Below, in pieces: positions 34,314 to 43,939 of a stretch of 64,000 bases of DNA. Position 1 is the stretch's first letter. Each line of letters begins with the position of its first letter. Both the position numbers and the translations under genes were made by a program. Under the pieces are notes generated by a model. It did no database searches. It worked only from the letters and a program-made list of their open reading frames with translations, and was not told the origin of the DNA. Source of the DNA: Candidatus Aenigmatarchaeota archaeon (GTDB lineage Archaea; Aenigmatarchaeota; Aenigmatarchaeia; PWEA01); the NCBI GenBank assembly GCA_046539325.1, contig JBKHHD010000005.1:2165-66164 (forward strand), given 5' to 3'.

Positions 34314-36561
34314 CGGACTTTATCTGCTCCTTGAGCCATTCCTCCCATCTTTCAAAGGTCTCATCGGGATCAACGTATCCCACTTCGTCACTCACCTCGT
34401 CCATTATTAGTCGGAACTTACTGTTGCTCTTTACGACGAAGGGAGCTTCCATCAGCTCTTCGTTACCGGTTTCAAGCGCGTAGTCGCTTATGGCCTTCTT
34501 TACCTTTCCTCTAAGTTCTATGTTTTCCCAGACACGGTCCCATCTACCGGCCCATTCCTTCACCTGTGATGATATCTTGTTCAGGACCTGTGATTCGCCG
34601 TTTAGAAGCGTATCAGTGGGCTTGAGTCTATCTTCCTCGGCCGAGTACTCCATGAGAGGTACGAATCCGTCTTCGTCCCTTGGATCCTCGGACCAGTGCT
34701 TCCTTACTTCGGTGACACCCGTCACTCTTCTTATTTCTTGAAGGCCAGAGGCGCTTTTGATTCTATTGCATATAACAATTAGATCAGTCGCCTTGAAGGA
34801 AGTCTTTGGAACGCCTAGATCGTGTACTACACGGTCGAAGAGACCGTAGGCGGACTCGCCATGTATTGTTCCTGCCACGGTCTTAGCCATGGCCCCTATA
34901 CGCATCGCCTCGTAAAGCGCCTGAGCCTCTGTACTCCTTACTTCACCTATTATAAGTGCTGAGTCACCAAGACGTAGCGCAGTTCTTATTGATTCTGATG
35001 CAGGGAGTTCCGTCTCGACCTGCGTAATTACTGAGCGTGACTTCAGGCGCTGTGCGTCGTAGCCCAGCTTCTTCAGAGTTTTTACAGGAAGCTCTAGTGT
35101 ATCCTCGGATGTTATGACCCTCCAGTCTCTCTTCATCTCGAGCATGGACGCACCGAGCAGGGAAGTCTTTCCAGAGCCTCTTCCACCACCGATAAGGAAC
35201 GTCCTTCCGCCATCTATCACAAAGCTCATGAGTCCTGCGAATAGCGGGCTTATGTAACCTATATCTGGCTGTAAGTAGAGGGGGTAGGTCCACGGATCTT
35301 CCCTGTGTCTTCTCAGAGCTAAGCCAAGGCCTTCAGGAGCCAGTGTCGGAGCTATGACGGTTACCCTCGCATTTCCACCGGGTACTTCTACTGATGTATC
35401 TAGAACTGGGTTTGCCTCATCAAGAGGCCTACCACTTGAAAGTCTTAGCTTCGTCGCCCAGCTTTCAGCATCGTCCTGTGTAGGAATTATGTTGGTTCTG
35501 CATTCGCCATAGTCTTCGTGATTTATGAAGATAGGTTTACTCCCCAGAGGTGAGTTTATGTATATATCCTGGACCTTTTCGTCTTCAAGTATTGCCTCAA
35601 GAATACCTAGTCCTCCTGTATATCTACTTAGTATTGAATTCAGCCTTTCAATCTGCTCAGGTTCCAGGTCTGTGCCTTCCCTTTCGGCTATATCCTTTAT
35701 GAGATCCTTCCCTATGGAGGAGAAAACCTCCCTCGATCTCTCTGACTCGGCAAACTCTGTAGTCTCTGGTCTGTGCTCGCTCAGATACCTCTGCGCAGCG
35801 TCAAGTATACTGTATTCACCTTCTTCTAGCTTGAACTCCGGTGGCGAGAAGTGATACAGCGGTCTTGTTTCGTCAGGAAGATTATATACTTCAATATCAG
35901 AGCTGCCAACTTCGTAGTGATCTATCATCCCGCCTTCTTCTGGTGTCTGTTTCATATACTTCGTTCGCATGAAGTTGGGCCTGACTGAAGGGTAGAAGAG
36001 TTCACGGTATGCATCTCTCTGTCCTGGGTGGTATCCAGAAAGCTCACCCTTGACTTCCTTTATCATCCTGGTCTGTTCCAACCTTTCTTTTATCGGTAGA
36101 AGAACTTCGTTCAGGTAAGTTTCCTTGCACTCTTTCTGGGGACCTCCTTCCTTGGTCTGGATCCTAACATGCCTTATTTTCCTTTTAAGGTGGATATAAG
36201 CTCCTACCGGGTCCTTCCTAAGCTCGTCCATTGCAAGTCCTTGAAGCTCCGAGTACTTTTCCTGGAAGTACTGATTACAGTCCGGAACTTCCAATCTTTC
36301 AAGCTTCCTGAGACCGAGTTCTTTCATCACGTCTTTCAGAACTTCGGCTATCTCTACCAGAAGCTTCGTCTGTTCGTAGGGATACTCGTACTCGCGGCTG
36401 TTTTTGAAAAGTACTGTCTTTACTCCCTTGACCTCCATTATCTTGTCTATGGTATTTGCCATACATTCTTCGTAGTCAGCGACACTACTTCCGTAGATAC
36501 ATCCGGAGCAGTTTACCTCTATTCTCTTCTCATCTTCATCGTATTCGTAGTCACAGGGCAT
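34294..36561 (-). CDS. Type II/IV secretion system ATPase (FlaI/PilB/VirB11 superfamily) with long N-terminal extension
   Basis: Walker A GGGRGSGKTS, Asp box/Walker B DSALIIGEVR, His box TIHGES, in the C-terminal ~350 aa. Total 755 aa. First gene of the minus-strand locus. Confidence 0.8.
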   Translation of the reverse strand: MPCDYEYDEDEKRIEVNCSGCIYGSSVADYEECMANTIDKIMEVKGVKTVLFKNSREYEYPYEQTKLLVEIAEVLKDVMKELGLRKLERLEVPDCNQYFQEKYSELQGLAMDELRKDPVGAYIHLKRKIRHVRIQTKEGGPQKECKETYLNEVLLPIKERLEQTRMIKEVKGELSGYHPGQRDAYRELFYPSVRPNFMRTKYMKQTPEEGGMIDHYEVGSSDIEVYNLPDETRPLYHFSPPEFKLEEGEYSILDAAQRYLSEHRPETTEFAESERSREVFSSIGKDLIKDIAEREGTDLEPEQIERLNSILSRYTGGLGILEAILEDEKVQDIYINSPLGSKPIFINHEDYGECRTNIIPTQDDAESWATKLRLSSGRPLDEANPVLDTSVEVPGGNARVTVIAPTLAPEGLGLALRRHREDPWTYPLYLQPDIGYISPLFAGLMSFVIDGGRTFLIGGGRGSGKTSLLGASMLEMKRDWRVITSEDTLELPVKTLKKLGYDAQRLKSRSVITQVETELPASESIRTALRLGDSALIIGEVRSTEAQALYEAMRIGAMAKTVAGTIHGESAYGLFDRVVHDLGVPKTSFKATDLIVICNRIKSASGLQEIRRVTGVTEVRKHWSEDPRDEDGFVPLMEYSAEEDRLKPTDTLLNGESQVLNKISSQVKEWAGRWDRVWENIELRGKVKKAISDYALETGNEELMEAPFVVKSNSKFRLIMDEVSDEVGYVDPDETFERWEEWLKEQIKSGEFKNA

Positions 36562-36667
36562 CTTGAACCACAGGCGTGTCTATACATCATTTTGAGCGGT
36601 AGTTTCTAAAAGTTTCGTTCCTGACTCTAACTTTATTAAGCAAAGCTCTAATAAGTAAAATGGTACG

Positions 36668-37072
36668 ATGGCTTTCGGTAACTCCGGCAAATCAAGTTTG
36701 GAGGATATAGTAAGGAAACTTCTAGACAGAGTCAAGGAGAACTCAAGACGTCTAAGGGACGTCGAAGAGGAAAACAGGTCCATGGCTTCCAGTATTAGGT
36801 CTCTGGAAGAGAGGATTATAGACCTTGAAGACAGGCAAGGTGAAGATGTAAAGGAGTTAAGGGAGAAGATCGATGACCTTGGAACAAGGGTAATGAAGAT
36901 AGAGAACGTTATATCAAAGATCAAGGACAGGCTTGAGGAGGCGCCCAAAAAGGATGAGTTCGAAGAAGTAAAGAACTTTGTGAATCTTCTTTCACCAATG
37001 GAAAGTCAGTTTGTAACAGAAAGCGAGGTAAAAAGGCTTATTAAACAGGAGTTACAAAAAGAAGGTAGATAA
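36668..37072 (+). CDS. Coiled-coil protein, unknown function
   Basis: 134 aa, E/R/K-rich heptad pattern. Divergent from the pilus-locus ATPase gene. Confidence 0.5.
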   Translation: MAFGNSGKSSLEDIVRKLLDRVKENSRRLRDVEEENRSMASSIRSLEERIIDLEDRQGEDVKELREKIDDLGTRVMKIENVISKIKDRLEEAPKKDEFEEVKNFVNLLSPMESQFVTESEVKRLIKQELQKEGR

Positions 37073-37073
37073 G

Positions 37074-37970
37074 ATGGTCTTCGGCTTTGGTAAAAGTGAT
37101 GAAGAAGATACTCAAGACAGATCTTCCTCGCGGTCTCCCTCTAGATCACCTACAAACCAGGTCAGGGAGCTTGCTTCACAGGGTTATTCCGAGAGAGAGA
37201 TAATTGAGAAGTTGAAGGATTTAGGATATTCGAGCCAAGAAATAAACAAGAGTATAAATAAGGTTTTGAAAAGTAAGGTTTCTAACTCGGATGGTCAGGC
37301 TGCGGCATCACGTCGCCCTCCTCAAACAACCCAATCAAGATCTTCCCAGGAGCAGGGTCCTGTTTCTTCAAGTAACAACTTTATTGCTCCTGAACCTTCG
37401 CAGCCAAATGATTCATTTGAGGGTGGCTCAGCTGACGAAAGCGATCCATTTGCTAAGTTCCAAGGTAATAACAAAAAAAGAGATGACGTTTGGGAGATGA
37501 CAGAGGAAGAGGAGATAGAGCTTGAAATTCTCATAGAGGAAATTATAGATGAAAAATGGGTCACTGTGGAGTCGGATCTCGAGAAGTTCCGAGAGGAAAG
37601 AGAGGGTATTATAAGGAGGATTGAATCCCTCGAGGAGAAGGTTGAAAAGCTCGAGGAAAAACATGAGGAAGAGAGGGAAAGGCTTGAGGACAAGACTGAT
37701 AAGACCTTTGACCATGTCAAGAGTGTTGAATCCAGGGTAGGTTCTGTCGAAAAGGCCTTCAAGGACTTCTTACCGCAGCTTACCGAGAACGTTCGCTCGC
37801 TTTCGAGCGTTGTTAAAGATCTAGAAGAAGATACTGCAAGAAGCAACAGGAGCAGTTCGTTGCGCAATAATAGGATGCCTGATTCGCCTGAAAGTTATAT
37901 AGAAGGCTCGAAACAGGAAGAAAATTCTAAAGAAGAAGAGGACGAAAGCCCTTCAGCCATTCCCCAGTAA
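37074..37970 (+). CDS. Disordered/coiled-coil acidic protein, unknown function
   Basis: 298 aa. Ser/Pro/Gln-rich N-terminal half and E/K-rich coiled-coil C-terminal half. Starts 2 nt after the previous stop. Confidence 0.5.
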   Translation: MVFGFGKSDEEDTQDRSSSRSPSRSPTNQVRELASQGYSEREIIEKLKDLGYSSQEINKSINKVLKSKVSNSDGQAAASRRPPQTTQSRSSQEQGPVSSSNNFIAPEPSQPNDSFEGGSADESDPFAKFQGNNKKRDDVWEMTEEEEIELEILIEEIIDEKWVTVESDLEKFREEREGIIRRIESLEEKVEKLEEKHEEERERLEDKTDKTFDHVKSVESRVGSVEKAFKDFLPQLTENVRSLSSVVKDLEEDTARSNRSSSLRNNRMPDSPESYIEGSKQEENSKEEEDESPSAIPQ

Positions 37971-38011
37971 AGTAGCTCAGAACTTTACTTCTAGCTTAGA
38001 ATAACTCAATT

Positions 38012-38563
38012 CTATCCTTCATCGACCATCCACCAGACCACCATTACCATGAATCCTAGGAAGAACAATAGTGGATAGTTCTTTGCTATATAAGGCGGTA
38101 GTTCTATTCCCAGTGCCTGGTGTGCCCCGGAACCTATGAAGACTAATATCGCCAGTACGGCGATCACCAGTCCTGTCAAGCTCTCGTTCCAGCCAAAAAA
38201 GCCTGAACCGTGCTCATCTTTTTCCCTATCAAAGCCTGCTATCTCGACAAATACTATCAGGAGAAGTACGCCTCCTAACAGTGCCACAAATCCGGCGGAG
38301 AGTGCGGCGAGCTGTCCGATGTAAGGGGAAAGCACCGGGGCTATAATGAAGGCCAGTACTATTCCTATTATTGCCCTTGCACCATCGTTTTCGGGCATAC
38401 CATCCTCACCGAGCTGGCTGAGGACTCCGTAGACTATGGCAAAGGTCAGCAGCCAAGGTAATACAAGGGAGAAAAAGTCTATCCCTACGAACTCCGATAT
38501 CTCCTCGACTGGGCCGGTGGTCTGTGCCTTCATTGCCGTTTCGGTTATCTTTTCAGCTAACAT
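38012..38563 (-). CDS. 4-TM membrane protein, paralog family member A (PWLL motif)
   Basis: LVLPWLLTFAIVYGVLSQLG motif in TM1. Four hydrophobic helices. C-terminal WWMVDEG. Confidence 0.5.
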   Translation of the reverse strand: MLAEKITETAMKAQTTGPVEEISEFVGIDFFSLVLPWLLTFAIVYGVLSQLGEDGMPENDGARAIIGIVLAFIIAPVLSPYIGQLAALSAGFVALLGGVLLLIVFVEIAGFDREKDEHGSGFFGWNESLTGLVIAVLAILVFIGSGAHQALGIELPPYIAKNYPLLFFLGFMVMVVWWMVDEG

Positions 38564-38568
38564 CTATA

Positions 38569-39111
38569 TCATCTTTTCGGGGGCGATTGTTTTTTATTTC
38601 CTTCACTATTTTTACCGTTTCCTTCATCCCTGACCATCCACCATATCGACAGTGCGACGATCACCAAGAAAAACACCGTCGTAGGATTGACTTCATTGGC
38701 TATATTTCCGAGGCCTATCATCTCAATCCCTCCGGAGCCCATGAAGAGGGTAACTATTATGATCAGGATGACCAGGCCGAACTTGCCGGGATGATCGTTT
38801 ATAAAGTTCATAGCTCCGACTCCTGTCAGCTCCAGAAGTATAAGGAAAAACAGGAATCCTGTCAGTATTACTATAGTGCTTCCGCCCATGGCCTGTAAAA
38901 AGACCATCAGTGGCTTGGCAAACAGGAGCGAAAAGAACGCAAGGACTGTGGCTATCACAACTCTTGCGGAGTCGCTGCTGGGTATCCCTTCCTTGCCTAT
39001 CTGTGAAAGCATACCGTATACAAGAGCGAAGACAAGTAGCCACGGCAGAGCGTATACGAAGAACTCATCCCCAAGACCGGTACCAAAAAAGTCCACCATA
39101 ACTTCGTTCAT
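38569..39111 (-). CDS. 4-TM membrane protein, paralog family member B
   Basis: YALPWLLVFALVYGMLSQIG. Same topology as member A. C-terminal WWMVRDEG. Confidence 0.5.
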   Translation of the reverse strand: MNEVMVDFFGTGLGDEFFVYALPWLLVFALVYGMLSQIGKEGIPSSDSARVVIATVLAFFSLLFAKPLMVFLQAMGGSTIVILTGFLFFLILLELTGVGAMNFINDHPGKFGLVILIIIVTLFMGSGGIEMIGLGNIANEVNPTTVFFLVIVALSIWWMVRDEGNGKNSEGNKKQSPPKR

Positions 39112-39127
39112 GATTTCACCTTTTTAG

Positions 39128-39625
39128 TTAGTCTTCGTTTGAGGCTATAAACCATACTCCCAGGGATATCACGGCGAGGAATGCCAGCAGGGTTGCAAGC
39201 TCTCTGGTTACCACTACATCAATTCCTAACAGTTCCATGCCTCCTGCACCCACGAATACAATGACTGCAAGAGCTATCATGATCGCTCCGAAGACCTTTG
39301 GATGTGCCATGAATATATTTTCAGCATCGCTTGCCTTGTAACCAAGAAGCTCCACAAATATTATCGCAACTATTATTCCCATACCTATGGCTATGAGACC
39401 TGTCAGTAAGTCCTCGAGGAAAGGAGCTATTAGGTTACCTACAGGTAAGACTATAAATGCAGCAACTATAGCAATGACACCTCTAGCAGAGGATGACTGT
39501 GGCATGTCGTAATGCTCAAGAACACCGAAAACTATAGCAAGAGTAAGTAACCACGGCAATAAGTAGGCAAAGAAACCTATTCCCTGTAGGTTCGTTATCA
39601 TCTGTCCTATGATACTTCCTGACAT
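39128..39625 (-). CDS. 4-TM membrane protein, paralog family member C
   Basis: AYLLPWLLTLAIVFGVLEH. Same topology. Confidence 0.5.
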   Translation of the reverse strand: MSGSIIGQMITNLQGIGFFAYLLPWLLTLAIVFGVLEHYDMPQSSSARGVIAIVAAFIVLPVGNLIAPFLEDLLTGLIAIGMGIIVAIIFVELLGYKASDAENIFMAHPKVFGAIMIALAVIVFVGAGGMELLGIDVVVTRELATLLAFLAVISLGVWFIASNED

Positions 39626-39674
39626 CCTACCACTTTACATTTTACAGGTTACTTATTTAAAGTTTGAGCTATTT

Positions 39675-40163
39675 TCAATCCCCTTTCTCCATTTTGTAGG
39701 CGTTGTAGAATAGGAAAATTGCCAGGAAAAGGCCCACGAGGACTACAAAGTTTTCACTACCCAGTATAGGTATCTCTACTCCTGTCATGTAGCCCATTCC
39801 AAATCCACCGAGGCTCAGGGCCATAAGGAACAATATACCGACTATGATTATCTTATCCTTGTGATCCGTCTCTTCACCAGCAGTAATGGCCTTTCGGAAG
39901 AATGCCAGGAAGAACAGGCCTATGAAAGCCCAGAGGATGAACCCGAAGTAGTTGAAGAAGAAGTTTACGAAGGGTTCGTAGCCCGCGGCGAAAAAGGCGA
40001 AGACAAGTGAGATTATAAGGTTTACAGAACTCTTTCCGAAAAGTCCTTCGTCCTTCTCCCCAGTTATAGACAGCAGACCGTAGACCACAGCCAACGTGAA
40101 GAAAAACGGCAGATAAGGTTGTATAGCCGGATTCTGAAACAGCTGCATAAATGGCGAGCTCAT
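39675..40163 (-). CDS. 4-TM membrane protein, paralog family member D
   Basis: PYLPFFFTLAVVYGLLSITG. Same topology. Confidence 0.5.
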   Translation of the reverse strand: MSSPFMQLFQNPAIQPYLPFFFTLAVVYGLLSITGEKDEGLFGKSSVNLIISLVFAFFAAGYEPFVNFFFNYFGFILWAFIGLFFLAFFRKAITAGEETDHKDKIIIVGILFLMALSLGGFGMGYMTGVEIPILGSENFVVLVGLFLAIFLFYNAYKMEKGD

Positions 40164-40176
40164 TTCTTATCCCTCG

Positions 40177-40731
40177 TTATAATCCCTCTCTTTCAATCTT
40201 TTTCCTTTTTTCCTTTAACTCCGTCACCTTTTTGGCATAAACTTCCTTCATCTTTTCACTATCAGCGTGTTCTAGCTTTTTCTCGTACCTTCTTATATCG
40301 TTTTGCAGTTGCCGCAACGCCTTATCCTTCTTCATGCCCTCCTTTATCTTACCACCAACGGATTTCCCAATCTTTCCTCTTACTTTAGGTGATCCTATGA
40401 ACTTGGTTACAAAGAAGTATACTAGTCCGACTACAATACTTAGTACTAGCCACCACATCAGAAGTGGAGCTAATATCGTGCCGTACCAGCCTTCATATAT
40501 TACAAATATGTATGCACTCAGACCGAAAAGTATTCCAAGGCCTTTATGAATCTGTTTGACAGGCTTTGAAAGTATGACTAAAAATATGAAAAGTACGACG
40601 TGAGGCAGTAGAAATGCGTAGATGAAGTCCTGAGTCACGTCTCCAGTGATGCAGCCCCATTTTCCCCCTGCAGAACATTCGGCAACCTTGAGAATCTCTC
40701 TGAATATCAACGTATAGAGGTCAAGACTCAT
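40177..40731 (-). CDS. Membrane protein with PWLL-like TM region plus C-terminal basic coiled-coil tail (family member E)
   Basis: YAFLLPHVVLFIFLVIL. Three to four TM helices, then a K/R/E-rich helix. Confidence 0.45.
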   Translation of the reverse strand: MSLDLYTLIFREILKVAECSAGGKWGCITGDVTQDFIYAFLLPHVVLFIFLVILSKPVKQIHKGLGILFGLSAYIFVIYEGWYGTILAPLLMWWLVLSIVVGLVYFFVTKFIGSPKVRGKIGKSVGGKIKEGMKKDKALRQLQNDIRRYEKKLEHADSEKMKEVYAKKVTELKEKRKKIEREGL

Positions 40732-40784
40732 GCTACCTGCTTTACTTTGTAGAATTGCTTATATAAAAAGATGGAAGTTTAGAA

Positions 40785-42062
40785 TTACTCGGTGCAGTAC
40801 TTATTAAACACTTCTTCAAGACCTTCGGAGTAGTTTCCTCTTTCATCGAATTTCTCTTCTAATACCTTACTAAAGGGTCTACTGAGATATTCACCGATTG
40901 AATCTCTTGCTTCTCTACCCTCCCTCAGCTCGTTCTCATAGGCTCCTATAACTTCTTCCATGACCTCATCTTCCGAGTCACCTTCAACTCCATCCTTTAA
41001 TTTCTTGGTATGTTCATCGAGATTGTATACGAGATCACTCCTCAATGGAAGAGCTGTTATCATTTTTTCCAGCCCTACGTCTTCAGTCACTGATTGCAAT
41101 ATTGAATCATGAAGATTCTTGACATCGTCCCTATCTTCTTCTGGAAGCTCATCTCTGAACTTCTTAACTACATACTCTGGTGAAGTGCTCCCGGCGTTGA
41201 TCCCATTAACAATCTTGTTCTTGATATCCTCTTCGTTTTCCTCCACATAATCTTTATCGCCAAGTTCATCATCTTCCAAGATTTCTTCATGGCCGAAATC
41301 GTACTGTTCGCCTTCCATGCCATACTTTCTCCTAAGTCCTATTCCCTTTAGCATCAGCTCTGCGAATTCATTGGTCTTGCATATCCTTTTGATATCATTC
41401 TCTACATCATTGGCCCATTCTTCTATCTGTTCGCTATATTGCTTGATCTTATCAAAATCACCGGTTTCATCTCTTTTGGAATTGATTCCATCGACATTGT
41501 TTTTCATATTTTCTACGGTGTTCTTTTCCATTGCAAGGAACTGAGAAATCTTGTCGTAGGCGTAACAGGGATCATCAGTCTCAAGTTCTTGCTGAAGCTC
41601 ATTTATGTATTGAATCTCCTCGTCGGCAGCACCAATTATATTCTCGAGATTTTCTTCAAGAACTTCCTTGTAATCGTCAATACCCTCTGCCTCTTCCTCC
41701 GATTCTTCAGACTTGCAGTTTATATCATCGGTTTTATCCATAGGATCTTTGAACTTTTCTAGGTGACCCACTGCAGCCTCTTTTACTTTATTTGAATCGG
41801 AATCTGCTTCCCCTTCTTCGTATTTTCTTTTATTTTCTTCTATGGTCCGACCTGTCTCGGTGAATTCTTCATTACCCCTATGGTAAACTTTTATGTTTTC
41901 GTTTGCCTCTTGTTTATTTTCCTCAGATTTTTCGATAGAATCCTCAATTTCCTCTATGTTTTCGCGCCCCCTTTCCTCCGAATCCTCGAATATCTTATTT
42001 TCAATTTCAGCTCTTTTCTCGAACTCTTCTAGTGCTCTCCCGAAGTGACTTTTTTCAGGCAT
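40785..42062 (-). CDS. Large acidic hypothetical protein
   Basis: 425 aa, about 35% D/E. Co-oriented with, and 50 nt from, the membrane paralog array. Confidence 0.45.
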   Translation of the reverse strand: MPEKSHFGRALEEFEKRAEIENKIFEDSEERGRENIEEIEDSIEKSEENKQEANENIKVYHRGNEEFTETGRTIEENKRKYEEGEADSDSNKVKEAAVGHLEKFKDPMDKTDDINCKSEESEEEAEGIDDYKEVLEENLENIIGAADEEIQYINELQQELETDDPCYAYDKISQFLAMEKNTVENMKNNVDGINSKRDETGDFDKIKQYSEQIEEWANDVENDIKRICKTNEFAELMLKGIGLRRKYGMEGEQYDFGHEEILEDDELGDKDYVEENEEDIKNKIVNGINAGSTSPEYVVKKFRDELPEEDRDDVKNLHDSILQSVTEDVGLEKMITALPLRSDLVYNLDEHTKKLKDGVEGDSEDEVMEEVIGAYENELREGREARDSIGEYLSRPFSKVLEEKFDERGNYSEGLEEVFNKYCTE

Positions 42063-42065
42063 GGT

Positions 42066-42794
42066 CTATCCCTCTAAAGATTTTTCCTCCGCTTCTTCTT
42101 TCAATTTTTCGGCAATTTGACCCTTTTCACCGATCTTTTTCAAGGCTTCGTCTTTGTATCCCTTTTCCCAAAGCTCTTCGAATACTCTGTACTTTTCAGG
42201 TATCTCGCTGTCGTAGCTAGGCTTTGCAGTCATACCTTCGTAAACGTTCCCAGCTACTTCGCTTACGAAAGGACCTGTAAACAGATCAAGAGGACCGGCA
42301 TTTAGAACAGATCCACCGGTTTCGTTTTTTATTGTTCCCTTGGACTTATCCGAATTCCAATTGAAGTCAAAACTTCTTTCATAACTGTCGACATTGTTAC
42401 TGGAAGAACCGTTCTTATCGTAAAGGTCGCCAAGTCCATCACCGTCCGAAGTCCCACCGTACTCTTTGATGAAATTCTCGATATTTTCCAAAGCATCCGT
42501 GTGGTCACCTAGTTCTTCATGGAAGGTATCGTATTTCTTAAGTGTATCGTCATTTGATTGGCTTGAGTTCTTGTCATAAAGAATCATGTCAGTGTCTTCA
42601 GGGTTATCTATTTTCTCCCAGCCCTCTTCTTCCAGGTAGCTTTTCTCGTCACCGTTTCCTGTCCTGTAGGCAATCCCGGAATCAGGATCTTCCATAATAG
42701 CATATTCGTCCATACTGATACCATCTTTACCCTGTTCTTTAGCTTCCTTGATATCTTCAAAGGCCTTTTCGTATCCATTTTGGTTTTCAGGCAT
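42066..42794 (-). CDS. Acidic hypothetical protein
   Basis: 242 aa, D/E/G/S-rich. 3-nt gap to the downstream gene. Confidence 0.45.
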   Translation of the reverse strand: MPENQNGYEKAFEDIKEAKEQGKDGISMDEYAIMEDPDSGIAYRTGNGDEKSYLEEEGWEKIDNPEDTDMILYDKNSSQSNDDTLKKYDTFHEELGDHTDALENIENFIKEYGGTSDGDGLGDLYDKNGSSSNNVDSYERSFDFNWNSDKSKGTIKNETGGSVLNAGPLDLFTGPFVSEVAGNVYEGMTAKPSYDSEIPEKYRVFEELWEKGYKDEALKKIGEKGQIAEKLKEEAEEKSLEG

Positions 42795-42914
42795 TTTATC
42801 ACCAAGTAGTAATTAACACTCTTACTATTTAAAGGTTGGGGTTATTTTTAACTCTTTAGTGGTTACAGGATATATTCTTTCCTAAAGAATTTATACTTTG
42901 AGAACGAGAACTGG

Positions 42915-43157
42915 CTACCTTCTTTTTAATCCGTTCAATTCCTCGCCGATCTCAAGCCAGCTCCATGCCCATACCACTGCCTCGAAGGCCCGGACCAGGT
43001 CACCTTCTTCAAGGAAGTGCTCCGCGTCCTTCGTGTAAGCTTCTATGTTTTCGACGAACATCTCCCCCTTCCCAGCAGCCGAATCTATGTCTTCGTCCTT
43101 GAGCTTCTCCAGCCACTTCTTCGTTTCGTCCTCCAGTTGTTTCTCTGTTTCAGTCAT
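42915..43157 (-). CDS. Small conserved-looking hypothetical protein
   Basis: 80 aa with AFEAVVWAWSWLEIGEELNGL helix. 9 nt downstream of dph5. Confidence 0.4.
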   Translation of the reverse strand: MTETEKQLEDETKKWLEKLKDEDIDSAAGKGEMFVENIEAYTKDAEHFLEEGDLVRAFEAVVWAWSWLEIGEELNGLKRR

Positions 43158-43166
43158 AGAGACACC

Positions 43167-43907
43167 CTAGTCGGCGAGGACCTCCAGAGCTTCTTCCTCT
43201 TTTTCGTGAAGTTTTCCAGGAAAGATTATGACCGCGGGCGTCGGAAAGTCCCTTTTCAGGAGCTTGGAGACCTCTTCGTAGGCCATGCTTTTGTCTTCGG
43301 GACCTACACTCAAAGCCACGACCTTCATGTCCTTGTTTATTATTCCGTTCTGTTTCTCTTCCTCCAGTTTCAGAAGATATTCCAGACCTTCACCCACCTC
43401 CATAGGCCTGTCCTTTATGTCCAGGAGAGCCAGGGTGTGGAGTCCGCGTTCCTTGTTTTCCTCTATCGCTTCGTAGGGCGACCGTGGGCGGTAGTTCTTC
43501 TGTGGAATCGGTATCGTAGTTGTCTTCCCGAATTTGTATATCTGGAGCCCTGTCTCCGCTACGGCTGAGTATATCGATGAGGAGTGAACTACTTCCGTTT
43601 CCACGTTTTTTCTCTCCGCCTGCAGGAGTAGCTCCACGTGCGTCGTCGCAACCAGTGGATCACCGGGTATCAGAACGGCTACGTCCTCTTCCTCCGCCGG
43701 CTTCAGCACCCTGTCTGCATTTTCCTCAAGATCGCTTCTCTCGACCGATTCTACGTTCTTTTCCACGAGATCTCTGAGACCTTCTAGGCCTTTCCATGGC
43801 GAGGTATAGCTCTCCAGGAAGACCTTGTCTGCCTTCTCTATGGCTTCGACTCCACGGAGGCTTATATCCTTCTCATCGCTTAGACCGAGACCAACTAGTG
43901 TGAGCAT
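43167..43907 (-). CDS. dph5: Diphthine synthase (diphthamide biosynthesis methyltransferase)
   Basis: MLTLVGLGLSDEKDISLRGVEAIEKADKVFLESYTS and the tetrapyrrole-methylase-like fold typical of Dph5. Confidence 0.85.
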   Translation of the reverse strand: MLTLVGLGLSDEKDISLRGVEAIEKADKVFLESYTSPWKGLEGLRDLVEKNVESVERSDLEENADRVLKPAEEEDVAVLIPGDPLVATTHVELLLQAERKNVETEVVHSSSIYSAVAETGLQIYKFGKTTTIPIPQKNYRPRSPYEAIEENKERGLHTLALLDIKDRPMEVGEGLEYLLKLEEEKQNGIINKDMKVVALSVGPEDKSMAYEEVSKLLKRDFPTPAVIIFPGKLHEKEEEALEVLAD

Positions 43908-43939
43908 GGGAAAAGTAAAGCACTGGAACTTTAAATATC

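Noticed and set aside
32431-34410. Plus-strand ORFs (32431..33081, 33214..33660, 33471..34058, 34039..34410) inside the platform gene
   Set aside because: Antisense shadow ORFs of the polytopic membrane protein gene. They mirror its hydrophobic codon bias.
37291-37867. ORFs 37291..37500 (+), 37322..37867 (-), 37428..37715 (-)
   Set aside because: Internal or antisense to the 298 aa plus-strand gene. Ser/Leu-rich shadow composition.
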